Assembly: GCA_026770705.1 (NCBI GenBank)
Contig: JANJGN010000002.1
Span: forward strand, 175,956,001 to 176,020,000
Direction of reading: 5' to 3'
Length of the DNA: 64,000 bases
Source: Isurus oxyrinchus
Taxonomy: Eukaryota
Shown one piece after another: positions 13,693-24,549 of this stretch. Under the pieces are notes generated by a model. It ran no database searches. It worked only from the letters and a program-made list of their open reading frames with translations, and was not told where the DNA came from. Each line of letters begins with the position of its first letter. Position 1 is the stretch's first letter. The translations under genes and the position numbers were made by a program.

Positions 13693-16001
13693 ACATGTTG
13701 GGTTCTGTTTAATTTTAGCAGTTTAGTCTTGCACTATTAGTTATGCAAGAGCTCCACAGTCAAATATGCGAAATGTCATCTACATTCAAATATTAGACAT
13801 CGTTCGACAACCCTTCAATTACAATTAAAGCCTTATGTGAATCTGTTAAAAGGGTTAGTTGCGTATTTAAACGTAACTAAAATCAAAGTGCAAAACATAA
13901 AAATGTCACTAAAGTATATTCGTTAACCTTACGAGAACTGACCAACCTTCTAATTTTTTTGAGAAGTAGTCTAGTTTTATATCTATAAATGAATCATTTC
14001 TTTGCCTTTGGCATCATCTTAAATACAGTCTGGAGCTGCTGATACATGTGGCAAAGAATAGATAGCGCACTTAGTTCACAAAGGGTTAACCACCACCAAC
14101 TCCCCACATCAACACACCCCCCCCCCCCCCCCCCCCCGCCTTTCCCAAACTTCCAAGAAAGAAAGCAATCTGCTGAGGTCCCTTAATACTGCCTGTCCCT
14201 TGTCTCTGAAGTGCTTTGTGGTACTTTTCAGTAACATCGATGTTCGATATGTCTTAAGATATATAGAACAGAAATGTTGGGTGGATTTCACAGATACCTC
14301 ATGAAATTCAATCTATGGAAACAACTCAAATGCTGTGAATTTCCAATTTCAGTGAAATGTTAATGACTATCAAGCATTTACTTAACAGTCACTATAAATG
14401 TTTTCTTTTAAATACAGCTTTGAATTGATTAAAACATTTAAGGGCATCAGAAGATTTCTTTCGTTCTGCTGTTTATACCAGATGCATTTCGAACCTAGTT
14501 CACATTAAAAAAATACTTTTGGACTTCGGTTTTCTTTAAAGATTCCCTTGTTTCTCACAATTTATAATTTCATGTTTTCCCAGTATTAGAAAATAAAAAA
14601 TGTAATTCTAACCAAAGCAGCACGAGATCATTTCAACTTGTCAGGGCCTCATTGAAGCAGAATCTACTAATTTAGCCCAGTTCTGATCTAAAATCGTTCT
14701 GTAAAGGAGTGATAAAATTAGCCCGCATAGGCGCAGAAGACGAGACATTTGTCTCCTTTATAATGCATTTATCGCTCTGTTTTCTAATTGTGCAGCAACT
14801 TTATATCGGTATGATTGGCCGTTTCAAAGAATAAAATATAATGTTAGTTGATTTAAATTTTGATGGCGATTCTGGCAATGATTTGATTTGGATATTTGCA
14901 TCTGCGTTCATCATCGGTCCGAATTTCATCTTGGAAAACCGGTTCTAAGCTTCTTAAAGAGAAGAAATGTTTAAAATCGCAGAATTTGCAAAATGCTGTA
15001 ATTATAGAAGTTTACGGAACTGTTTAAAAATTAACAATTGGACTTTGAAATCGATACTGAAATCGCTTTCTATTCCTCAAAATAGCTTGGGGTTATTAAT
15101 AATGTCATTCGGTTGAGTCTATTTCCACATGTTCCTCACATTGAGGAAAATGTACTTACACGTGCACATATTTTACCTGCTGTCTGAGTTTGATTTCTGT
15201 GCCTTTGAATTTAACAGGAAATGGGGTAAGAATGAACTGATCTGCTCCAAACGGACGTAAACTGTTGATTTTCCTGGTGGAGCTGACTCAGTGTAAATGG
15301 TGCTATCATAACCATTGTAAATGGTCTACAGTACATGGGAACCCCATGCAACAAAATTAAACCCATTCCTCTGGACAACATTCTCGGGCAGTAAATGAAA
15401 TTGCAGTCAGATGGTAAAGATTGAAAAGTATCTCTTATTCTCTGCGCACAAATAAAGCGATAAACTAGCAACAGGTTGCTGCGCTGAGAGGGGTTGTGCA
15501 GGCTGGATATCCAACTTTGATATCGCCGCCCCTCGCTACACTTTTTGAATTGTTTTAACACCTTGGCGTAAACTTTACCACCCGAACAAGCTCAATAAAA
15601 CTCCCAGGACAAAACAAAAGTAGTACTTCCGGCCAATTCCCCTCACTTTGTAAGATACCAGAGCCACAAAACAAAGCTGAGGGCATCAAGCCATTTACGG
15701 CTGGAGGCAACTGTGTTCGTGGTCATTCTGTTGAAACCGTCCAAGGGGCAGCATGTTCGTTACTACCCGCAGTGTGGGGTATATGAACTTTCATCCATAT
15801 ATACCACATTGGTTAAAGTCTCTTTTTGCCTAAGCTTGTACGAAAAGCTGTCTTTTCCCCATCAAAGCAAGTAAAACAGACAATATTTAATCGCTCTGGG
15901 ATTCCCTAATGCAAGTCTATAAAAATAAATATTGATATAAATATTTAAAACGTTTGAATCGCTAATAATACCCAAGTAATTAGATGAATTCCGCCTCTTA
16001 C

Positions 16002-16136
16002 CCTTGTTTGCCAGAATGCCGTCTATACTGTGTTTGGTCTTTTTATCTCCCTCTTCATATTCCTTTCTTTCACAGTCATCCTCTTCGTCCTCTTTCTTTC
16101 CGAATCTACTCCTCAGAATACGGCTTATTGAACTCA
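16002..16136 (-). CDS. pax3: Pax3 exon 4, end of paired domain, acidic segment and octapeptide
   Basis: [45 protein letters not shown]; octapeptide HSIDGILA; acceptor AACAAG|TGAGT, donor AAGG|GTAAGA; 135 nt; exons 1-4 sum to 586 nt in one frame. Confidence 0.93.
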
Positions 16137-16745
16137 CTTGTTTGAAAGAAAATGTTTTTTTTAAATCAAACATTTTATTCATTTTAAATACCAGAACAAT
16201 TTTACCTTTGTGCGACAAAACATCAAATAATGTAGGATTCAATCATTGGTTTAGAATTTCGAATAAAGCTGTTCAATTTTATACTTTTCTTGCTACTTTT
16301 TTAAAAAAAATAGAATCAAATTAACGTAGGGTGAACATTACATTTCATAGTCAATATCTTCGGGAAAAGCAGATTCAAATTCCTGCAATGAATTATTTTC
16401 TCTGTGAAATATACAGGATATAATTTCAGTCTGTAGAAGAGTAAATTATTATCACAATGTTACACTGTTTCCTGAGAGTTCTAACATAATAATAGCATTT
16501 CATTTAAGATAGTAATTTTTGAATTCGAGGTACTGAAGTCCGGAACCTACTTGAAATAATTTGTTAACACCATGACGTATTTATGCTTTCTTTATTAGTT
16601 TGTGCAGCTGGACACATTTAACATTTACAGGCAATTCTTGGCTTAGGTGGAACAAGTGTAGTTATTTTTCTATGTTAATGAAATTGTTCCTGGATACCAC
16701 CCCCCCCCCCCCCCAATTCGCGCAAATCATCAATATTGAACCAAC

Positions 16746-16875
16746 CTGAGGGGATGGTGTTTCGGTCACACATGCCGTCTTTCAATAACTTATCCCGGAT
16801 TTCCCAACTAAACATTCCAGGATTCTCTTTCTTGTATTCTTCGATCTTTTTTTCCACGTCTGGTATTGCCATTTG
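16746..16875 (-). CDS. pax3: Pax3 exon 3, paired domain C-terminal (RED) subdomain
   Basis: [43 protein letters not shown]; RDKLL and CDRNT are Pax3-type (Pax7 has RDRLL, CDRST); acceptor TAAAAG|CAA, donor TCAG|GTTGGT; 130 nt. Confidence 0.93.
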
Positions 16876-18396
16876 CTTTTATTAAATGTGTTTTTTGCAA
16901 GAGAGAAAAAAAGGAGGGTTATTTACAACCGTGCTTCATTCCGACCTGCAAACGAACCTGACCTGTGCGTTATTTGCAGTCATATTCGGATATGCAAATT
17001 TGAAATAAGCAACAATGTATTTCCAAGTTCCAATTATTCCCGATATAACGTACTGCTGTTACACTTTCTTATAAAAGTCCTGGAAAAATTCGGTTGCACA
17101 TAAGATCATTTAAAACAAAACTAAAAGCGTGATGAACTTTTCAGATTTAATATGTAATGTGCTTTTTATTTGTCGAAAGTTTCCCTCTCTGAAGCACACA
17201 AAATTGGTTGCTGATCTAGGCTTTTTATTTAATGAAATTGGCTTACAGTGAACGAAAGTCAAATTGGACAAACAAAATCGGGTGCAAACTCTTTACTGAC
17301 TGGGAACTGTAGGTCAGTACTTGAACTTTGCAGACTCTTTATTGAAAAATGTGGTGTAGCTGTAATACAATTTCTGTGTTTAATGGTCTATATTACGATG
17401 ATCGCTGGTCATTATAGCCTGCGTGTTTAATTGCCTGTGACAAAACCATCCACATTACAGATTAAACTGCGAATCAAGTACTAGCGTGCGTTTTTGGCAA
17501 TGTAAACGAGCTTTGTACAATTTTGACTATCCTGCTCAACAGTGGTGAAGCAGTGTTGCCCGACAAGGAAATGCTGAAAGGCATTTAAATTAGCCGAGAT
17601 CCTCTTAATTTCACATGTTCTAATGTAACATTCTCTACCAAAAGGTTAATTAAAATTCCAAGTTTATTACACACAATGAAAATATCAAACAACTTTCACT
17701 AGATATATTTTGCATATCCGAGGAAGATAGACATTAAACTGATGATAATTCTGATATTTAATAAATCCCGTAACTATAATGAACATTACATTTAGTGTTA
17801 TTTGCAACACACAAATTGTGAATCCAATATATAAACACGCTACATCTCTGTAAACTCATCATTTTAATTAACGAATTCTTACACGTATCTTCAATTTTTT
17901 TAAGGATTATGTTGTTAGTTCCTCAAAATGCCTGGCATATTCCCAGTTTCAGATGATCAAATTTTAATACACCTTTCCAATAAAACACGTTGAATAAATG
18001 GAATTGAACGATATGGGCCACAAAATACAGATCTGATAATTATTATGTTCCAATATTTTAATGAATAAAACTCAAATCGTTTGCAATACCTCAACTGTGA
18101 CAAGCATTTGCGAGTATTACACTTGTACGTGTATGCACATATATAGATGGGACACATTCTGCAAATGCAGAATTTGATTTACAGTTTTAAAAAGTGATAC
18201 TACACTCCTCAGGTGGTTTTAGTCGATCTAACTTGCCTGCATTAGAAGTGCCTTTGAAAAGTACAGATAGTAGCACACTTTGTAGGTAAACCATAACAAC
18301 GTCTTTCGTGACGCTGTAGCTTGCATCAACTAAGTTCCAAATCTTAATCTTAATAAAGCAATTTGTGGACTGGCTGAAGACTTTAGTCCGGCTTAC

Positions 18397-18629
18397 CCTC
18401 GGTTTGCTCCCAGTGGCCCCTGGTCTGATAGAGCCCGTCTCCTGGTATCTGCAGAGGATTTTAGAGACACAACCGTGGGAGACCCTGAGCTGCCGAGAGA
18501 TGACACACGGTCTGATGCCGTGATGGGCCATTTCCACTATCTTGTGCCTGATGTGATTTGGCAGAGGCCGGCCATTTATAAAAACTCCTCCGAGCTGGTT
18601 CACTCTCCCTTGACCTAAAGGCGTTGACA
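18397..18629 (-). CDS. pax3: Pax3 exon 2, paired domain N-terminal (PAI) subdomain and linker
   Basis: [78 protein letters not shown]; acceptor AAATAG|TGTCA, donor AGG|GTAAGC; 233 nt, ends phase 0. Confidence 0.95.
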
Positions 18630-19569
18630 CTATTTGCAGTAAAAATGGCAGCATTAATAAACCTGGTCAAACTTAATCTCGCGGATAGAGAAGTGGAGAG
18701 GAAATCAAAAGATATCACATCAATGCTAAGAACACATCAGTCGACACAAGTGTTTATATATTTTACGCCATTCATTTGCAGGAAACATGCTCAAATGAGA
18801 CAGATTCTTGTTCCAGAACTTACCTTTTTTCCCTGCTGTCACTTGACAATAATATTTTAAATCGCACGATAAAGTTTGGACCTAATAGTTTGGAGCTATT
18901 AATTCATTTCTTTTGAATGATTGCTACTCAAGCTCTGTCATTACAATACTTAAATATAAATCAGGTCCCACCCATCACAAACATTTTGTATCAGCAGAAA
19001 AATCCCACAGTTGCCTTAAAATATGCTTTCAATCCCATTTAAAAACAGTTCACGAATCGGGCGCAGCCTCTATTTACAATTAACTGTCTTAGCTCAGGGA
19101 CCGGGCGCCCAGCGTTTTGATAGTGGTCAAGGAGCAACACACAGGACTGTAAAAACAAACTAAAGATATTTGAAACAACAAAGGAGGTTTGTTTCTGATT
19201 GATTTCACAGTTTGTCTCCATCAACTTTAAGGTGAGCCTATTGCATGTCATGCACCAATAAACTGTTGAAACACGGCTGTAGAATCTACTTACTGCATAT
19301 ATTGAACATGATACAGAAACATTTAAAAAAGGCTCTCTCCGGCGTGGGGGTGGGGTGGGGGGGGGGGGGAGACCAAGACAGTTACAGCTACATATCGAAA
19401 TGCATTACTGAGAGAGTGCAAGAACTTATAATGTATCGCCGTTGCCTCGCACAGGAGAGTTAATGTTCTGCGTGTGCGCGTTTTGCGGCTCCTTTTTTTT
19501 CCTCTTTAATGAAGTGCTGGGGTAGAAAACGAAAGTGCGCTCCGTCAGCTAAAGCATGTGCAGGCTCAC

Positions 19570-19657
19570 CTTCCAGTGGGAAACCGCTGCTGCGAGGATA
19601 ATTCTGTCCCGGGGCTGGCCGCATCATTCTTGGGACCGGTCCAGCCAACGTGCTCAT
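19570..19657 (-). CDS. pax3: Pax3 exon 1 coding part ([29 protein letters not shown])
   Basis: ATG at 19657-19655; translation matches the Pax3/7 N-terminus, and MSTLAG resembles Pax3 MTTLAG rather than Pax7 MAALPG; donor GAAG|GTGAGC, phase 1; 88 nt. Confidence 0.93.
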
Positions 19658-20035
19658 TTTTAAACACGTTCAGTCCCAGATTTTCCTGTGGGTTGTCGAA
19701 TGGGGGCGGGGAGGGAGGGAGGGAGAGGGGGGTGGGGGGGGAGGGTGTGGGGGGGAAAGGCAAAACAATTTTTTTTTTAAATTTAAAAATGAATGAACAC
19801 TTTTAGGTAAATCCACGTAGGCCAGCCGGACTTCAGGGAAGCCGAATAGTTCTTTCAGTTCTTCTGAGTAGATGAGATACCCCAAACACTAAACCGGCGA
19901 GGGGAGAGAGAAAGTTGGCAGTTTTTTTTTCTCTCGTTGTCGAAGTTTCGGAAGTCGGTGCGGATGTTCGTGTGTTGCTCTGGTATGTGTGACAGGTACA
20001 ACTGTGGTCCAAGGGTTAGGAATTGTAGTCACAGC
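19658..20035 (-). other. pax3: Probable Pax3 5' UTR (TSS approximate)
   Basis: Lies between the TATA-like element (~20066-20071) and the ATG; no upstream ATG on the minus strand in this interval; contains a C-rich tract (G-runs on + strand 19702-19756). Confidence 0.55.
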
Positions 20036-20039
20036 CAGG

Positions 20040-20170
20040 AGTCGATGGGACGGTGACCTGGAGAATTTATCAGTTCTCCCACCCCTGGCTCCATCGAGAC
20101 CCCTGCCTTCTGATTGGCGAAGAGGCGAGATTCTTCTCTATGGAAACGTGTGCTTTGATTGGCCAATCCC
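20040..20170 (-). promoter_or_regulatory. Pax3 core promoter: TATA-like GATAAAT plus CCAAT boxes
   Basis: Minus strand GAACTGATAAATTCTCC (~20060-20076); CCAATCA at 20111-20117; palindromic ATTGGCCAAT at 20158-20167; about 400-500 bp upstream of the ATG. Confidence 0.65.
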
Positions 20171-20559
20171 CGCAATCTTCCTTTCCCATCACTGGAAATA
20201 TGATTTTTAAATGAAAAGTGAACGTGCGGCCGCAACAGTTAAAGCAACCTGTCCCATTGCCTTTCTAACACACGACAGCTTTCATTCATTATCAGCCACA
20301 AATCTAAAAATATATCCTTTTCTTCAGAGTAGATTGCCTACGGGGCAAAGTCTGTGTTTGGAGTCAAATGAAGAACTTCTCTGAAGGCAGCTCCCCATTC
20401 TTAGACACTCTAAACTATTATTAGTAATAGAATTCGCCAACAATTAGCCCACAAGTGTCTAAAACCAAGCTCTATTTTGGCAAAATGAAGTTGCTGTTTG
20501 GGGGCGAATTGTAGGACACTCCTACTGGAGGAGAACTGAAAAACAAAAGGCTCTCAGGT

Positions 20560-20910
20560 AAAAGGCAGGGCACTGTGATTATCACAGACTAATCAAGCCT
20601 TCGCATATTCTGGGGTTTATATGTGTAGTATTAAGAACCAAAAAAAAAGAAATGGTCTGGCTGAGAGCAGAAGCGCCACAGCAGGATATGACGCCAGGAC
20701 TGTTGTAAAGCCCGTCTGTCCTCAGAGAAGGTACTATTGTCTGAGTCCTCTATTTATAACTTGGTAACTGCCGGTAAACTCATCCTTTACACTCTGATCT
20801 TCAAGCACAGCCATCCAAGTGGGCTTTATTTGGAAGTGGCTATTCAAAAAACCCTGTCAGTCTGGCGCGGAACTTTATTCAAAGCCTTAATCAATCAAAC
20901 GATGAGATAG
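20560..20910. promoter_or_regulatory. Candidate proximal neural-crest-type enhancer (Meis + Pbx-Hox + Cdx-like sites)
   Basis: CTGTCA 20854-20859, ATCAATCA (TGATTGAT on minus) 20890-20897, TTTATT at ~20825 and ~20873, within 1.3 kb of the ATG where mouse Pax3 neural crest elements lie. Confidence 0.5.
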
Positions 20911-23900
20911 TTAAGACTATGCTTTGTTTGAGAGACGGTTGCAAAAGAGAAACAACCTCCTTTTGGCAAAAAGTCATCGCTTTCACTTACTGATTCTTAA
21001 TCTCAACAATTGTTCTCTTATACCAGAACACAATGATTATCCAATGACGTAACACAAAGAAAGATTAAAAAGAGTCATTCGCTATTATATTAATTCCCCC
21101 TTTTAAGTTGTTTAAAAACAGCACTTAAAACAGCATCACCCTGCTTACAGTGATCATCCTGTCCAGGACCAGAATTAACCTATAGTATAGAGAAAGAATG
21201 GTCCCTGCATTTTGGGGATTGAATCAGCAACCAATTACTGCAACAGAATTCCTCCAACAAAATTTTCCTCAAGGATTTATTTCACTTTTGTTCAGAAGGA
21301 TTTAGATTCTTTTTTTTCGTTTTTGGCTGTGTGAATTGATACACGTAACGTGCAACCAGTCCACCCTTCCCTTTCGTTTACTTTACAAACTATATCAAGT
21401 GTACAGCCAGGTTGGATTATGCCCCGTTACACACGTGGATTTTTTTTAATAGCACGCGCTTGCAAATTATTCAAGAAAGGAAAATTGTATTCATAAGCGA
21501 TGTGACAGTTATTGCATATAATAAAACGCGCTAGTTTTAAGGGATGAAGTAAATTAGGTGACAAGGCATGGGTGGGGATACAAAATGCCGGAATTGTCAT
21601 TAAAGTAACCAGGGAAATATGAATTATAAAACAGACAATACACCCCAATAATTTAAAGAGACCCTCCGGACCAGGTGCCATTTAATTGGATCAGGGTTTG
21701 GGATGAATACGGTCAGTGGCTACCAGTTACATCAATCAAGCATATACGGTTTAAAAAAAGAGTGGACCTTGAAATAACATTCTGCCATTCGTTTCAGCTC
21801 GGAAAACTTTTGCAAATATGTGTCCATTGGATTTTTATTAAAACTAGAATATTTTTAAACAAGGGACAATGGGTGGATCTTAAATACAAATAATCGAAAT
21901 TCTAAGTGTTGTACATTACGTTCAACAAAACTTCGATGTTTACGGTATTTTTACATGTTGTTTGTTGGACATGTTGGGCTTTGGAGAAAGCACAGTTCAC
22001 AAATAAGATATCATATATGTTAAACGTCTGCCGTTTCCAATAGAGGGACCACAAAGATATGTTGCAACATCTCGTTTTAAACTACAATTATAAATTTAAT
22101 AAAAAATAACGTTTGATCTGTTACATTTCGTTTTATCTCATCCCTTGCAACTATTGGCATTCAGGTCGTTTCGTCTCGCTTTATTTTCGTTTAACATATC
22201 ATTTGTCTCAGTAACACATTAACAACTAATTTCGAGCATAATTATAATTATTTGCTGTTATCCAATTATGGCTCAAACTATTGTTATGCAAAATGCACAA
22301 TGATCTTTTAAAACTCCATCAAGTTTAATTGTAATAATTTCTTGCAATCTCGTATCTAGCTCAAAAATATTAGGAAACCATTAAACAACGCTACATATAA
22401 TCAAAATAGTTAACTAATTACCAGTTAACACATGATATGTCAAATTAATAAATTAATGTGATAGATGGCATTTAAGGAATAATCATGCAAGAAATAACAT
22501 ACAAAAACAGCAATTTTGTGGAATTCAAGGAATTAATTTATAACAAAACATTCGCAAATAACATAAAAAACAAAATAGATACTTCCTCCAAAATAATCAA
22601 TAGTAGTTATTAACAGATTTATCACGTCATATCTTTTAAGGCACAAGATTAACTTTTTCTGTTGTTGAATTATCTTATTTCTAATAAAAGGAAAATAATT
22701 ATCACTACTGATATTTAAAGTTATATATCAACAACACAACAAATGTGTTCTAATGATGCTGTCACCTGGGTCCTAAGATTGCATTGTTTTGTCTCTAAAG
22801 CAATTTTAACACTTTATTTCTGTCCATCCCAACAGATACCTAACTGATTTCCCTCACTCAACATGTTAGGAAAATATAGAATGCAGGCTTCATTCATTGG
22901 TTTACTTCTGTTTGGAAGGGGATGGGGATTATTGGCAATGTTTTGCATTCAATAAAATAAGCAATTTTAGTGCTTGGGAATTGAACTATATCCATATCAG
23001 AAGCCCTGCATCAGCCACCAGCTCTCCCATGCTATTTGCAGCACAGTTAGATGGAGAATAAAACTCCCTCCGCCCTGCCTTAAGAATGTACTTAAAAATT
23101 CCAATTTCAGAGAGCACTTCCTATTCCACCAGGATGGCATTGCTTTCATTTCCCACTCCAATCATCCTTGTTTCTCCCCAGTTGAATTGTCAATTAGTGT
23201 TAAATTAGGGATAGTTTTGTGTCAAGGGGCCCATGCTCTTTTGGAACTAGGTTAAGGCCCATTATAACTAGCAGTTGGAAAATATATTTATCCCAACAGT
23301 TTGAGTTGGATTAAAAGGGGTCCTGTTAGGAAAAGGTCAGTATCTATTGATTGCATTATCCAGTTTCCTATATAGATGATTTAAAACAACTTAACAGTGC
23401 AGTAGATCTGACCTAGTTTTTGAAAATGGCTCTGCCTTTGTAGTGGGATAAACTAAGAATATAACAATGTATAGAGCAAGAAAGAGCCATTTGGTTCATC
23501 ATACCCATTGATTATACAGACCATGCACAATTCTTTCTTTCAGGATTTCTGTCCAAGTAATTTCATCTTTTAAGGAGATGGTCTGCAAACATGATCCCCA
23601 TTCCTCAAGTTCCCTCTCCCAAAAGATAAATCAAGTGAACTTCTAGGTTTAATGGTCAAAGAGACAATGCAGACAAAGCATTAAGAATACCTTACAAAGG
23701 AAGGTAGATTAATAGTTTATTTATATTATATTTACTGCGATTGCAGTACACTAAAGTATAAATCTCGGATGAGGGCCCAAACTAACTCCAGCTTTTGGCA
23801 ATGTGAGAATTTCTGGTGGAGATACCTTGAATTGCTATGTATACATGGAGTACTCTGTGGCTTAAACCCATTTGGCAGCAATAACTAGTACTGGTTTCAA

Positions 23901-24549
23901 CAAACTGGCCAACTGCTGATTCAATAATAGCACATATCACATTATATCATCATCCACATGATTTATCCAAGCACTATAAATCATTTTTTTCACATTATAT
24001 ATTACTGAACACAAGAAGACTTTGAATGTTGGGTTGGCATTTATGTGGATGCAAAACAATCAATGAGTTTGCAAAGAACTATATCACACAAAGTTATAAA
24101 TTGCATCACTTGTTATCTGAGCAGTTAGCTATTACATTTAATACTGTAAACATGTATGTTTCCAACCGGTATCAATGTGTTTCTAATACAAAAAGAAAAC
24201 AATTATTGATATTGTACTGCGAAATGAAGTGGAGCAAATAACTCCCCTGACAACAGAACAATTGAGAAATTGTGAGCACAAAATCATTACATTCAATGTG
24301 AAAACAGAAAAGGATAATGAAGAGTGAAAGATAAGGGTGTTGGACTTGGGGGGAGGGGAAAGAATCAGTGAGATAAGGGTGGGGTCAAAATTAACTGAAC
24401 AGGTAAATTGGCAAATACAACAGCTGATCAGCTGTAGGGAATCTTCAAATGTAAGGCAATAAGAGTGCAACATATACATAAAATGAAATTGGATATATCA
24501 AATTGTAGAGTATTAAGGGTGAATAAAGAGATTACAAACTAACACTTAA

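Larger units (their letters stand above)
1..16001 (-). other. pax3: Pax3 intron 4 (partial; continues beyond window start)
   Basis: Begins with GT donor at 16001; no homeodomain-like exon (RKQRRSRTTF...) seen in the ORF track or by eye in 1-16000; PAX3 intron 4 is known to be large in other vertebrates. Confidence 0.8.

Noticed and set aside
18187-18654. The 155-aa ORF as a single-exon paired-box gene
   Set aside because: Homology is confined to 18397-18629 and bounded by canonical AG/GT sites; the extensions are intronic
16002-19657. Calling the gene pax7
   Set aside because: Most diagnostic positions (MSTLAG, RDKLL, CDRNT, RILRS, ERKExEE, no GL alternative acceptor) favour Pax3; Pax7 is not fully excluded without synteny
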